Both the position numbers and the translations under genes were made by a program. A stretch of 64,000 nucleotides of DNA from Octopus bimaculoides. Lineage: Eukaryota. The DNA is taken from assembly GCF_001194135.2 (NCBI RefSeq), contig NC_069000.1:10661641-10725640 (forward strand), given 5' to 3'. A model generated the notes under the pieces. The model did not search any database and was not told where the DNA came from. It worked only from the letters and a program-made list of their open reading frames with translations. Shown piece by piece: positions 49,393 through 61,905 of the stretch. Position 1 is the first letter of the stretch; every line of letters starts with the position of its first letter.

Positions 49393-49994
49393 GGCATATA
49401 TATATATAATATGCATGTGTGTGTGTTTGTGTTTTTGTGTCTGTATTTGTCACCCACCAGTACCTCTACCTGACAACAGGTGTTGGTTTGTTCACATCCC
49501 CCTATAACATAATCATTCAGCAAAAGAGGTCAACTGAATAAGTACCAAACTTTTCAAACAAAAGAAAAAAATAAACTCATAATTACCGAAATCAATTCGT
49601 TCAAATAAAACCCTTCAAAATGATGCTCCAGCATGACCGTGATCCAGTAACTGTAACAACAAAAGAAATATGATGAAAGCCAGTAAAAACTGCACTGAGC
49701 CACTCCACTACCTGTGAGGCTTGCTTTAGCTAACAGCCATTAATTGGTATTCAAAGCTCTGTCGATGGTATTTCATTTTGTGTTATAATGATTGAAGTCG
49801 TTAAGAAAATTTAATCACAAAAGTGCTTGTTCCAGATGTTTCTAGTCAGGAAAAATTATTAAATTATTCCTGTTTAACCCTGAGTATGAATGGAAGGAGA
49901 CATTACTTAAATTCTTTTTGTGAATTATAGTAAATTTGGTGATGTGTATATGTAGCCGGAAACGAAGTGCCTTACACCTGAAATGTATATGTGA

Positions 49995-50025
<31 letters not shown>

Positions 50026-50162
50026 NNNNNNNNNNNNNNNNNNNNNNNNNNNNNNNNNNNNNNNNNNNNNNNNNNNNNNNNNNNNNNNNNNNNNNNNNNN
50101 NNNNNNNNNNNNNNNNNNNNNNNNNNNNNNNNNNNNNNNNNNNNNNNNNNNNNNNATATACA

Positions 50163-50198
<36 letters not shown>

Positions 50199-50911
50199 CA
50201 TATATATACATACATACATACATATATATATGTACACATACATATATATACATATATAGACTTACATACATGCCTACATATATCTATGTATATATTTATG
50301 TAAATATGTATCTATGTATATATATCTTTATGTACATATGTATATGTATATATAAACACACACACACACACACACACATGTGCATATGTATATATATCGT
50401 CTGTGTGATAAAATTATTACAGGATTTCCTAAAGATATTACAACATAATAACACCCTAATACTATCAGCATTGAACTGAGATTAAAATCTCTTTCTTGGT
50501 GTTAAAGATCAATGATATTGCTGGCAATGAAACCAATATGATATTAAATAGCTACTTGTCTATTGTCTTCTATATTAGCTCTTCCTCCATGTCTGTCTGT
50601 CTGAGTGCATCTCTCTCCACTCACTCTCTCTCTCTGCCCCCCCTCTCTCTCTCCCTCTCTCTTACTCTCTCTGCAGCTACCTAACTTACAGTGTATCACC
50701 TTATCTATCTNNNNNNNNNNNNNNNNNNNNNNNNNNNNNNNNNNNNNNNNNNNNNNNNNNNNNNNNNNNNNNNNNNNNNNNNNNNNNNNNNNNNNNNNNN
50801 NNNNNNNNNNAGGAATATACGGACTTCTCTCTTTGTGAGTCCTGTTGGTATTCGGTGGATCATGCGTACATAGATTTAAGCATGTATGTGTGTGTGTGTA
50901 TGTGCGCACGC

Positions 50912-50948
<37 letters not shown>

Positions 50949-52227
50949 TATCCTTGCACCTCACCAGCATGAATAGCAGACATGAAATGATGATGATAAG
51001 GACAATGGTGGTGGTGGTGGTGGTGGTGGTTGGGCCGGCAGCGGTGGTGCCAGGAATGGCAGTGGCAAACGAAACAGCAACTGCGGCAGCGTTGCTGATA
51101 GTGTTAACAGTAGTGGTGTCAGTGATGGTGGTGGTGGTAGCAGTGGTGATGATAATTAGGATGTTGATGAAAGTTGTCTCCCCTCGTCTTTCTTGACCAG
51201 AATTAAGCATTAATATAATGGGGGGTTGGTTTTTCTGTTTTTTTTTTTCTCATCACTACCGATATAGGTTTAACTGAATATTAAACACACTAGTAAACAG
51301 CATAACTATTCGTTTTTTCATACGGATGGCCTCTGAGTAATTTTCGCCTGGCCATAATGTGATGCTCATGAGTTAAAATATAGGACTAAACCTTTTATAT
51401 TGACAATTTACCAGAGTGACAAGTGTTCTGAATAAAGATTTTATCATATCTGGCTTTGGTTTTTTTTTCTTCTCTCCCTAACTCATATTAGGTTTCCCTT
51501 CCTTATCTAGAATTGTTATTGTTGATCAAGTACACACATAATCAATAGAACTCCAGCTGTGACTATTTTTTTTTCTCAGTCATTGTACATCTAGGACTAT
51601 ATTATACAGTGTGTCGTTTTTTTTTTTTTGTTCAAGGCAGCTTATTGTGATTTAACAGAGAGCTGGTTGCTGCTTTTAATAGGGCAAATGATCATGAGAT
51701 AGTTGATACCGCTCACTGGAAACAGTTTTGTCGAGGTACTCTGTGTTTAATCTAAATTACAATTTAAAGAATGCCCGAGGGAAATTACCAGATGGTATTT
51801 CAAGAATATAGTACAAGCAAATCCAAATACTTAGTTTTTTTGGCAATGTGACAGTACTACAACCACAACAACAACAACAGGATGACAATTAAATAATGAT
51901 AAATAATAATTATTATTATATGTGGGCTTTTTGGTGCATCCCAATCAATCATTAGTATTCTAGACGGGTAGTACTTAATCTAGGTAACAGTACTTCAAGG
52001 AAGAATAGTTATTGCTTAACCGTTTCAATACCGACCTACCTGAGCCTGTCTCTTACTTCTATAATATAAAACCTCCTGTTTATAAAGCATTCGTACTTGG
52101 ATTAAAAATGTAGCATCATAATTTAAATTAAGAACTGTGAATAATTATGCTCCAAATATTAATCCAAAACTGCATTGCAATAGTTTATTACTTAATTAAA
52201 TCACTGCAAATTCTTTATTCTTCCTGG

Positions 52228-52563
52228 CACTTGTGCCAGTGGCACGTGAAAAGACATTCGAGCAAGTTCGTTGCCAGTATCGCTGGACTGGCCCTTGTGC
52301 AGGTGGCACGTAAATTATACCATTTCGAGCGTGGCCGTTGCCAGTACCTCCTGACTGGCCTTCGTGCCGGTGGCACGTAAAAGCACCCACTACACTCTCG
52401 GAGTGGTTGGCGCTAGGAAGGGCATCCAGCTGTAGAAACTCTGCCAAATCAGATTGGAGCCTGGTGTAGCCATCTGGTTTCACCAGTCCTCAGTCAAATC
52501 GTCCAACCCATGCTAGCATGGAAAGCGGACGTTAAACGACGATGATGATGATGATGATGATGA
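52228..52563 (+). mobile_element. Longest family C retroposon copy, with internal roughly 73-bp repeats and a (GAT)n tail
   Basis: Three GTGGCACGT modules upstream of AAAGCACCCACTACACTCTCGGAGTGGTTGGCG...GGAAAGCGGACGTTAAACGACGATGATG; CpGs are retained. Confidence 0.92.
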
Positions 52564-52695
52564 TTGAAAACATAAAGAAAGTGTATTTCATTGAAAATAT
52601 GGTTGTGCAAGTTTTCCGACTGAGTTTTATGGGTGTAGGTAATTCTAAGTATGTGTTGGTTTGCTGTAAGAAATGTCTTACATTGTTAACTGAGT

Positions 52696-53025
52696 AGGCA
52701 CATGGCTTAGTGGTGAGAATATTTGGCTCGTGATCATAAAGTCATGAGTTCAATTCTCGGTGATGCATTCTGTCCTTGAGCAAGATACTTTATTATTATT
52801 TAACGTTGCTTCAGTCAACTCAGCTGGCAAAAATGAGTTGTACCTGTAGTTCAAAGGGACCAGCCTTGTCACACTCTATGTCACACTGAATCTCCCAGAG
52901 AACTACGTCAAGTGTACGTGTGTCTGTGGAGTACTCAGCCACTTGCACGTTAATTTCACAAGCTAGTTGCTTTGTTGAGTGGATTAACTGGAATATTCAT
53001 TGTCATAACTGACAGAGTGCCAGCA
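52696..53025 (+). mobile_element. Full-length tRNA-derived SINE family D
   Basis: TGGCTTAGTGG A box, GAGTTCAATTC B box, CCTTGAGCAAGATACTTT, and a 3' part CTCAGCCACTTGCACGTTAATTTCAC shared with 30233 and 54395. Confidence 0.85.
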
Positions 53026-53050
53026 TATATTATTAACTTTAATAAAAGGA

Positions 53051-53167
53051 ACAGGAGTGGCTGTATGGTAAGTAGCTTGCTTACCAACCACATGGTTCCG
53101 GGTTCAATCCTACTGCCTGGCACCTTGGGCAAGTGTCTTCTACTATAGCCTCGGGCCGACCAAAGCC
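53051..53167 (+). mobile_element. 3'-truncated family A SINE
   Basis: GGAGTGGCTGTATGGTAAGTAGCTTGCTTACCAACCACATGGTTCCGGG...GGGCCGACCAAAGCC. Confidence 0.88.
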
Positions 53168-53395
53168 GTCAGCTCTTCTTCTATGCCAGAGTTGGTCTGC
53201 TTAGTCATCACCATAAAGGAAGTGTTCAGCAAAGAAGAAACTAAATTCTTGGATATGAGATGAAACTGCTGTTATGTTGTAAATAGATGTAGACATCTTG
53301 TCTTTGAATACAATATCTAAGTCCAAAGATGAAGAGAGGGATCCTATGTTATGATTTCATCAGATCTTTTTAACTGCTTGCACAGACACTGCTAA

Positions 53396-53636
53396 TAAAC
53401 CCATTATTACTCATGGCTTATATATAAATTGGATGGACTAATTTGCATATATGTATAATACACTCTGAGTAGCTAGCTCAATTACCATATTTGATGGCAT
53501 GTAAAACATGTATTCTTTTCTGTACATACCAGTTGCCAGGAATATGTTTAATATGTAAATTTGTCTATCCAATAGTTTAACACCACTAAACTTGGTGGAT
53601 ATTTAAGCAGTGTATTCATGGATACTTAACGGGTTT
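53396..53636. mobile_element. Old piggyBac-type MITE
   Basis: Degenerate terminal inverted repeats AAACCCATTATTACTCATG and CATGGATACTTAACGGGTTT; the interior is similar to 7673-7776. Confidence 0.5.
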
Positions 53637-54584
53637 GATGTGGAGCCGATGAAAGAGCAATAATTCCTGAAATATGCATATACACCCATTACCTCTTTTA
53701 TTTTTCTGCCTTCAATTGCATTGTTTACATATATGTATTCATAAATGAAATATAGAAACTTTCAGTACTGGCTCTAAATTCTATAGAAAACCTGTAAAGA
53801 TTAACTTCAAAATTTTGTGTTTTATGGTTTAATCTAAAGGTGGGGATGGAACATATGGCTTAAAGGTTATTTGTAGCTTTCAAGAAAAAGTCTGGATTTT
53901 GCATAAAATGAATACGTTTTTACTGATTATGTAATGCCGTATTTATTATTCTAATGATTTTCAAATTCTTAAAAACAAAATCCAATTAAAAATGTCAATT
54001 TGCATTTTTATTTCTTATTGTAATATTTTCACAATAAATGTAATTACATTTGTTTTTCTTGAATATTCAATAGAATTTTCTTTCATGCAGTCTTATTAGA
54101 TTGCACTTAATTCATCATTGTCATCATCATCGTTGTCGTCATCATCATCATCATCATCATCTTCGTCATCATTACTACCAGCAATATCAGCACCACTATC
54201 ACCGCCAACACCACCACCATCACCAACACCACCACCATCACCAACACCACCACCACCACCATCACCACCACCAACACCACCACCAGTACCATTACTACTG
54301 CCATTGTCATCACTATCATTATCATTGTCATCATTCAGTGTCAGACTGAATCTCTCTGAGAACTATGTTATGGGTACATGTGTCCGTGGAGTACTCAGCC
54401 ACTTGCACATTAATTTCATGAGTAGGCTGTTCTGTTGATCAGATCAATTGGAGTGCTCATCATTATAATCAATGGAGATCCAGTTAATAAAGACAGTTAC
54501 TTTATGAAATTTTTCATTATTTTCAAAATTAATTAAAACAAAAGCAGTGTCTTTCATTAGAAATAGTGTAATAATCATTATCAT

Positions 54585-54850
54585 CATCAATGTTCATTTG
54601 CCAAAGCACTAATTTACGGGGGATGTAAACACACCAACAGCGGCTGCCAAGCAGTGGTGGGGGACAAAAATGGGCATAAAGACACACACACAGGCGTGGC
54701 TGTGTGGTAAGAAGTTTGCTTCCCAACAAACATGGTTCTGGGTTCAGTCTCACTGCATGGAACATTGGGCAAGTGTCTTCTACTATAGCCTTGAGCTGAC
54801 CAAAGCCTTACGAGTGGATTTGGTAGGAGGAAACTGAAAGAAGCTCATTG
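54585..54850. mobile_element. Tail E fragment (minus) joined to a family A head (plus, from 54693) running into a gap
   Basis: GTAAACACACCAACAGCGG...GGGGGACAAA (reverse of tail E), then CAGGCGTGGCTGTGTGGTAAG...GAAACTGAAAGAAGCTC. Confidence 0.7.
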
Positions 54851-56000
54851 TGTGTATATATACAAATANNNNNNNNNNNNNNNNNNNNNNNNNNNNNNNN
54901 NNNNNNNNNNNNNNNNNNNNNNNNNNNNNNNNNNNNNNNNNNNNNNNNNNNNNNNNNNNNNNNNNNNNNNNNNNNNNNNNNNNNNNNNNNNNNNNNNNNN
55001 NNNNNNNNNNNNNNNNNNNNNNNNNNNNNNNNNNNNNNNNNNNNNNNNNNNNNNNNNNNNNNNNNNNNNNNNNNNNNNNNNNNNNNNNNNNNNNNNNNNN
55101 NNNNNNNNNNNNNNNNNNNNNNNNNNNNNNNNNNNNNNNNNNNNNNNNNNNNNNNNNNNNNNNNNNNNNNNNNNNNNNNNNNNNNNNNNNNNNNNNNNNN
55201 NNNNNNNNNNNNNNNNNNNNNNNNNNNNNNNNNNNNNNNNNNNNNNNNNNNNNNNNNNNNNNNNNNNNNNNNNNNNNNNNNNNNNNNNNNNNNNNNNNNN
55301 NNNNNNNNNNNNNNNNNNNNNNNNNNNNNNNNNNNNNNNNNNNNNNNNNNNNNNNNNNNNNNNNNNNNNNNNNNNNNNNNNNNNNNNNNNNNNNNNNNNN
55401 NNNNNNNNNNNNNNNNNNNNNNNNNNNNNNNNNNNNNNNNNNNNNNNNNNNNNNNNNNNNNNNNNNNNNNNNNNNNNNNNNNNNNNNNNNNNNNNNNNNN
55501 NNNNNNNNNNNNNNNNNNNNNNNNNNNNNNNNNNNNNNNNNNNNNNNNNNNNNNNNNNNNNNNNNNNNNNNNNNNNNNNNNNNNNNNNNNNNNNNNNNNN
55601 NNNNNNNNNNNNNNNNNNNNNNNNNNNNNNNNNNNNNNNNNNNNNNNNNNNNNNNNNNNNNNNNNNNNNNNNNNNNNNNNNNNNNNNNNNNNNNNNNNNN
55701 NNNNNNNNNNNNNNNNNNNNNNNNNNNNNNNNNNNNNNNNNNNNNNNNNNNNNNNNNNNNNNNNNGTCGATTACATCGAACTCAGTGTTTCAGTCGTACT
55801 TATTTTATCAAATCCAAAAAAGATGAATGGCAAAGTTGACCTCGGTGGAATTTGAACTCAGGACATAAGAACGGACAAAGTGCAGTTAAGCATTTTATCT
55901 GGCATGAGACCAATCCTGCCACCTTGCCACTTTACCACTACTACTACTAATAATAATGATGATGATGATGATGATGATGATGATAAAAACAATAATAATA

Positions 56001-56235
56001 ATGAAGATGGCAAAATAAACAACTATGATGACTTGAAGTAGGAAATATGAAGGTTGTGGTCAATGAAGTTAGTAGCTGTGATACCAATAGTAATTGGTGC
56101 ATTTGGAAGTATCAGCACTCGACTACCGGCATGGCTGAAAAAGATTGGACCAAGTGTGAAGGTAGAAACACCTACAAAAATCAGCATTGCTTGGCACTGT
56201 AAGAATTCTTCACAGGATTCTTGAAGTGAGTTTTT
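56001..56235 (+). mobile_element. 3' end of a second, more diverged R4-like RLE retrotransposon
   Basis: EDGKINNYDDLK*EI*RLWSMKLVAVIPIVIGAFGSISTRLPAWLKKIG...(frameshift)HLQKSALLGTVRILHRILEV. Preceded by (AAT)/(GAT)n and followed by ATAATAAT. Confidence 0.8.
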
Positions 56236-56918
56236 CATCACATAATAATTCTAATTCTTTCTACTATAGGCACAAGGCCTGAAATTGGGGTGGGTGGGGA
56301 GGGAAATAGTCGATTACATCAACTCTAGTACTTGACCGGTACTTGCTTTATCGACCCTGAAAAGNNNNNNNNNNNNNNNNNNNNNNNNNNNNNNNNNNNN
56401 NNNNNNNNNNNNNNNNNNNNNNNNNNNNNNNNNNNNNNNNNNNNNNNNNNNNNNNNNNNNNNNNNNNNNNNNNNNNNNNNNNNNNNNNNNNNNNNNNNNN
56501 NNNNNNNNNNNNNNNNNNNNNNNNNNNNNNNNNNNNNNNNNNNNNNNNNNNNNNNNNNNNNNNNNNNNNNNNNNNNNNNNNNNNNNNNNNNNNNNNNNNN
56601 NNNNNNNNNNNNNNNNNNNNNNNNNNNNNNNNNNNNNNNNNNNNNNNNNNNNNNNNNNNNNNNNNNNNNNNNNNNNNNNNNNNNNNNNNNNNNNNNNNNN
56701 NNNNNNNNNNNNNNNNNNNNNNNNNNNNNNNNNNNNNNNNNNNNNNNNNNNNNNNNNNNNNNNNNNNNNNNNNNNNNNNNNNNNNNNNNNNNNNNNNNNN
56801 NNNNNNNNNNNNNNNNNNNNNNNNNNNNNNNNNNNNNNNNNNNNNNNNNNNNNNNNNNNNNNNNNNNNNNNNNNNNNNNNNNNNNNNNNNNNNNNNNNNN
56901 NNNNNNNNNNNNNNNNNN

Positions 56919-57203
56919 AACAGAAACAATTCCTATCATAGTAGGTGCCTTAGGTATAATAAAAAAGATATTCAGACAAATACATAACAAAAACACCAGG
57001 ACTTACAAATATATATAACATACAGAAAATTGCACTACTGGGTACTGCACACATTCTACGCAAAACACTTTCAATACAGTAACCATAAGAGCACCACAGC
57101 AAACCACAGCACATACCCAAGGCGCACAGAGCTGCACTCGGTAGTGAAGTGAAAGCACGTTATAAAAATAAAACTACTGAACAATAATAATAATAATAAT
57201 AAT
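56919..57203 (+). mobile_element. R4/Dong-like 3' end with (AAT)n tail; same family as 5661-6090
   Basis: About 12 differences over about 265 bp versus 5790-6054 by manual comparison; the 5' side runs into a gap. Confidence 0.9.
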
Positions 57204-57459
57204 CAATGCCTACCTACAAGGAACTACCAGGCCAACATATTAAAGAATGGCAGCTCCCCAATATGTCATGTTGTCTCCATGGGCAGTTTTCTTGTGCCTA
57301 CAGAGTATCTCAACAGGCATGATAGAGCTGCTCAGTATATTCACTGGGTAATTTGCAAAAACCTGGACTTGCCCCATGATAAAAACTGGTAGGAACACAA
57401 ACCATCTCCAGTGCTTGAAAATGATCACATCTCACTCCTCTGGAACTTCATTATTCAAA
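57204..57459 (+). mobile_element. R4/Dong-like zinc-knuckle-region fragment starting in the (AAT)n tail of the previous copy
   Basis: QCLPTRNYQANILKNGSSPICHV|VSM.SFLVPTEYLNRHDRAAQYIHWVICKNLDLPHDKNW*EHKPSPVLENDHISLLWNFIIQ. This is typical of the CCHC-to-RLE region, with the ETIDH part deleted. Confidence 0.85.
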
Positions 57460-57479
57460 AGATTTTCATCTTGCAGGTT

Positions 57480-57785
57480 ACTTGGTGACCCTGTCAGCGC
57501 AGGTGCCACTTTAAAAGCATCCAGTCCACACGGTAAAGTGGTTGGTCTTTGGATGGGCATCCAGCTGTAAAAACTATGCCAAACTGAACCTGCCTGTGCT
57601 TGTGCCATGTAAAAAGCACTAAGTCCATTCTGCTGGGTGGTTGGTGTTAGGAAGGGCATCCAGCTGTAAAAATCTTGCCAAAACAGTCACAGAAGTCTGG
57701 TGCAGGCTTCTGAATGGCTGGCCCCTGTCAAACTGTCTCACTCATGCCAGCATGGAAGGTGGATGTTAAACAATGATGATGGATG
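57480..57785 (+). mobile_element. Diverged family C retroposon
   Basis: Two GGGCATCCAGCTGTAAAA modules; ends CATGCCAGCATGGAAGGTGGATGTTAAACAATGATG. Confidence 0.7.
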
Positions 57786-57844
57786 ATATGTGTGTGTGTG
57801 TGTGGGTTTGGTAGATGGAAACTGAAAGAAACCCGTTGTATATA

Positions 57845-57893
<49 letters not shown>

Positions 57894-59029
57894 NNNNNNN
57901 NNNNNNNNNNNNNNNNNNNNNNNNNNNNNNNNNNNNNNNNNNNNNNNNNNNNNNNNNNNNNNNNNNNNNNNNNNNNNNNNNNNNNNNNNNNNNNNNNNNN
58001 NNNNNNNNNNNNNNNNNNNNNNNNNNNNNNNNNNNNNNNNNNNNNNNNNNNNNNNNNNNNNNNNNNNNNNNNNNNNNNNNNNNNNNNNNNNNNNNNNNNN
58101 NNNNNNNNNNNNNNNNNNNNNNNNNNNNNNNNNNNNNNNNNNNNNNNNNNNNNNNNNNNNNNNNNNNNNNNNNNNNNNNNNNNNNNNNNNNNNNNNNNNN
58201 NNNNNNNNNNNNNNNNNNNNNNNNNNNNNNNNNNNNNNNNNNNNNNNNNNNNNNNNNNNNNNNNNNNNNNNNNNNNNNNNNNNNNNNNNNNNNNNNNNNN
58301 NNNNNNNNNNNNNNNNNNNNNNNNNNNNNNNNNNNNNNNNNNNNNNNNNNNNNNNNNNNNNNNNNNNNNNNNNNNNNNNNNNNNNNNNNNNNNNNNNNNN
58401 NNNNNNNNNNNNNNNNNNNNNNNNNNNNNNNNNNNNNNNNNNNNNNNNNNNNNNNNNNNNNNNNNNNNNNNNNNNNNNNNNNNNNNNNNNNNNNNNNNNN
58501 NNNNNNNNNNNNNNNNNNNNNNNNNNNNNNNNNNNNNNNNNNNNNNNNNNNNNNNNNNNNNNNNNNNNNNNNNNNNNNNNNNNNNNNNNNNNNNNNNNNN
58601 NNNNNNNNNNNNNNNNNNNNNNNNNNNNGTGGTTGTGGTGGTTGTAGTAGTAGTAGTAGAGATAGTGGTGGTGGTTGTGGTGGTTGTAGTAGTAGTAGTA
58701 GTAGTAGTAACATGACACCAACATCTTACGCAACTCGCATTCTACGCAAATGGTCCATCCATCACCACCACCACCACCACCACCACCACCAATAAAATAA
58801 CGCAACCAACACCCCTACTCCCTCCCCACCACACACACACACACACACAGCACATGCTCTGCACAATTACCATCCAACACTTAAAAATACATAACACAAA
58901 TTAGACATCACACATGAGTACAATTACAGCTACCCTACAAAATAATTGGTTTTAATTTATGCATAAGGAAGGCCTGCAATTTTGAGGGGAGGGTGTTAGT
59001 GAATGTCATCAACTCCAGTACATGACTAG

Positions 59030-59216
59030 TATCCACTTTCATCAGTTATCTTCTGTTTCTCATTTGTGTCAGTCATTAGACTGTGGCCATGCTGGTGCAC
59101 TGCCATGAAGAAATATAGTCCAACGAATTGACCCAAGAACTTGCTCTTTTTAAAGTTGGTACTTGTTCCATCAGTCTCTTTTGCTGAATTGCTAAGCTGT
59201 GAGGATGTTGACACAC

Positions 59217-59251
<35 letters not shown>

Positions 59252-59510
59252 ACAGACTTCTTTCAGTTTCCATCTACTAAATCCACTCACACAGTTTTGC
59301 TCAGCCCAGGGCTATAGTAGAAGACGTGCCCATGTTACCGTGCAGTGGTACTGAACCAGAACCATGTGATTGGTACTTTATTTTATCAACACTAGTGGGA
59401 TAGAAGAAAAAGTTGACCTGAGCAGGACTTGAACTCAGATATAAAGTGCTGGAAAAAATACTGCAAAGCAGTTTTTCTGAATCTCTAATGATTTTTCCAG
59501 CCACTAGTCT
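59030..59510 (-). mobile_element. Composite: tail E, (CA)n, family A, joined to a family B 5' part (from about 59375)
   Basis: E-like CATTAGACTGTGGCCATGCTGG, then (CA)n, then A-like CTTTCAGTTTCCATCTACTAAATCCACTCAC...GAACCAGAACCATGTG, switching to TGGTACTTTATTTTATC...AAAGTTGACCTG...TTGAACTCAG. Confidence 0.65.
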
Positions 59511-60438
59511 CATTTATGCCATTTGTAAATGAATCAAAGAGATGCAACTTATATGTAACCAAAAGGGTGCACATTCTTATTAGATCCAAAAATTTCACCA
59601 CATAACTTAATTCCAGACGTGAAATTTTCAGAAAATGCAAGTACATGGACAAATTTCTTCAGTCAAAGTGGTGGACACCAGCCTCTCTAGATTGAGCTGC
59701 TGTCTTGCAGACTTTTGGACTCTTCACCATTGAATTATTCTACACCAGCTAGATTATGACTGATATGATCAAAGGTGATGTAACTCTCAATTTCTTACTC
59801 TTTATTTCTCTGTTTTTATTCACTCTTTGCCTTCTCATTCCACATTTGACATCAACTTTCTTTTTGTATTTTCTCATGGATCTTCATGTACCAGCATCCT
59901 GGTTTTCAGATAAAACTAACCATGTGACCTGAACCTGAAGATGGCTTGGTGACACCAGGAATACGTAGCATTGGTAAAGCATTGGCATAACCATGATGTT
60001 CAAGTTAGCTGGTGTGCTAACTTACTTTATCTGCACTGATTTGTAAATATAGAATTTTATTGCATAATGCGGAGCATACATACTAGTACAGACATCTAAA
60101 ATATGTGCAGACATGTAAAATAATTTATTACACACTGAAATAATAACTACATGGAGAAAGCTGCGAAACAGCTGTAATCTTAACTATGACAAGTGGTTAA
60201 ATACATATATTTACCTCTCATACCTTTTGACTTTTTATAGCTTATATGTGCCTCATGAAATAATTTCATCGATTGGATGTCCTGGATTTCAGCTGCATAG
60301 AATTCTGCATTATACTCCTCCATATTGGATTTCTAGGTTGTCTGTTAACTAGGTCTGCTGGAGGAGCTTTGCTTTGTGTCATAACCACATGATTCTATGA
60401 ATATATATATTACACAACATACATAAATGTGAGTGTGA

Positions 60439-60496
<58 letters not shown>

Positions 60497-61356
60497 NNNN
60501 NNNNNNNNNNNNNNNNNNNNNNNNNNNNNNNNNNNNNNNNNNNNNNNNNNNNNNNNNNNNNNNNNNNNNNNNNNNNNNNNNNNNNNNNNNNNNNNNNNNN
60601 NNNNNNNNNNNNNNNNNNNNNNNNNNNNNNNNNNNNNNNNNNNNNNNNNNNNNNNNNNNNNNNNNNNNNNNNNNNNNNNNNNNNNNNNNNNNNNNNNNNN
60701 NNNNNNNNNNNNNNNNNNNNNNNNNNNNNNNNNNNNNNNNNNNNNNNNNNNNNNNNNNNNNNNNNNNNNNNNNNNNNNNNNNNNNNNNNNNNNNNNNNNN
60801 NNNNNNNNNNNNNNNNNNNNNNNNNNNNNNNNNNNNNNNNNNNNNNNNNNNNNNNNNNNNNNNNNNNNNNNNNNNNNNNNNNNNNNNNNNNNNNNNNNNN
60901 NNNNNNNNNNNNNNNNNNNNNNNNNNNNNNNNNNNNNNNNNNNNNNNNNNNNNNNNNNNNNNNNNNNNNNNNNNNNNNNNNNNNNNNNNNNNNNNNNNNN
61001 NNNNNNNNNNNNNNNNNNNNNNNNNNNNNNNNNNNNNNNNNNNNNNNNNNNNNNNNNNNNNNNNNNNNNNNNNNNNNNNNNNNNNNNNNNNNNNNNNNNN
61101 NNNNNNNNNNNNNNNNNNNNNNNNNNNNNNNNNNNNNNNNNNNNNNNNNNNNNNNNNNNNNNNNNNNNNNNNNNNNNNNNNNNNNNNNNNNNNNNNNNNN
61201 NNNNNNNNNNNNNNNNNNNNNNNNNNNNNNNNNNNNNNNNNNNNNNNNNNNNNNNNNNNNNNNNNNNNNNNNNNNNNNNNNNNNNNNNNNNNATATATAC
61301 ACACAAACACACACACACAATATATTTGTCTTTTGTTTTTTTATGAATTCTCCCTA

Positions 61357-61528
61357 TCATCATCATCATCATCGTTTAACGTCCGCTTTCCATGCTAGCA
61401 TGGGTTGGACGATTTGACTGAGGACTGGTGAAACCGGATGGCAACACCAAGCTCCAATCTAATATGGCAGAGTTTCTACAGCTGGATGCCCTTCCTAACG
61501 CCAACCACTCAGAGAGTGTAATGGGTGC

Positions 61529-61530
<2 letters not shown>
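61357..61530 (-). mobile_element. Young family C retroposon
   Basis: Only a handful of differences from 49188-49360. Confidence 0.92.
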
Positions 61531-61565
<35 letters not shown>

Positions 61566-61699
61566 GACACATACACATGTACCTTGCTGGAATTTGAATT
61601 CAGAACATAAAGACAGACAATGTGCTAACTAAGCAATCTACCCTACCATGCTAACAACTATGCCACCTTGCTGGCTTATATTAATATTAATATACATAA

Positions 61700-61905
61700 T
61701 CATTTCTACTAAAGGCACAAGGCCTGAAATTTTACATCGTTTCCCCCTGCCCCAGTATTCAACTGGTACTTAATTCATCAACCCCAAAATGACGAAAGGC
61801 AAAGTCGACCTCAGCGGAATTTGAACTCAGAACATAGAGGCAGAAAAAGTACCAACTAAGAAGTTTGCCTGGCATGCTAACAATTCTGCCAGATTGCTGG
61901 CTTAT
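61700..61905 (-). mobile_element. Family B SINE
   Basis: CTACTAAAGGCACAAGGCCTGAAATT...GGCAAAGTCGACCTCAGCGGAATTTGAACTCAGAAC...TGCTAACAATTCTGCCAG. Confidence 0.85.

Noticed and set aside
53170-53390. Minus-strand SLSSSLDLDIVFKDKMSTSIY...FLYGDD, faintly resembling a Penelope RT C-terminus
   Set aside because: The diagnostic residues (FLD, YRKPT) are absent; an HMM search is needed.
59640-59975. CCTGAAGATGG...CCAGGAATACGT resembling a Penelope terminal hammerhead
   Set aside because: The GAAA core is broken and no supporting ORF homology was found.
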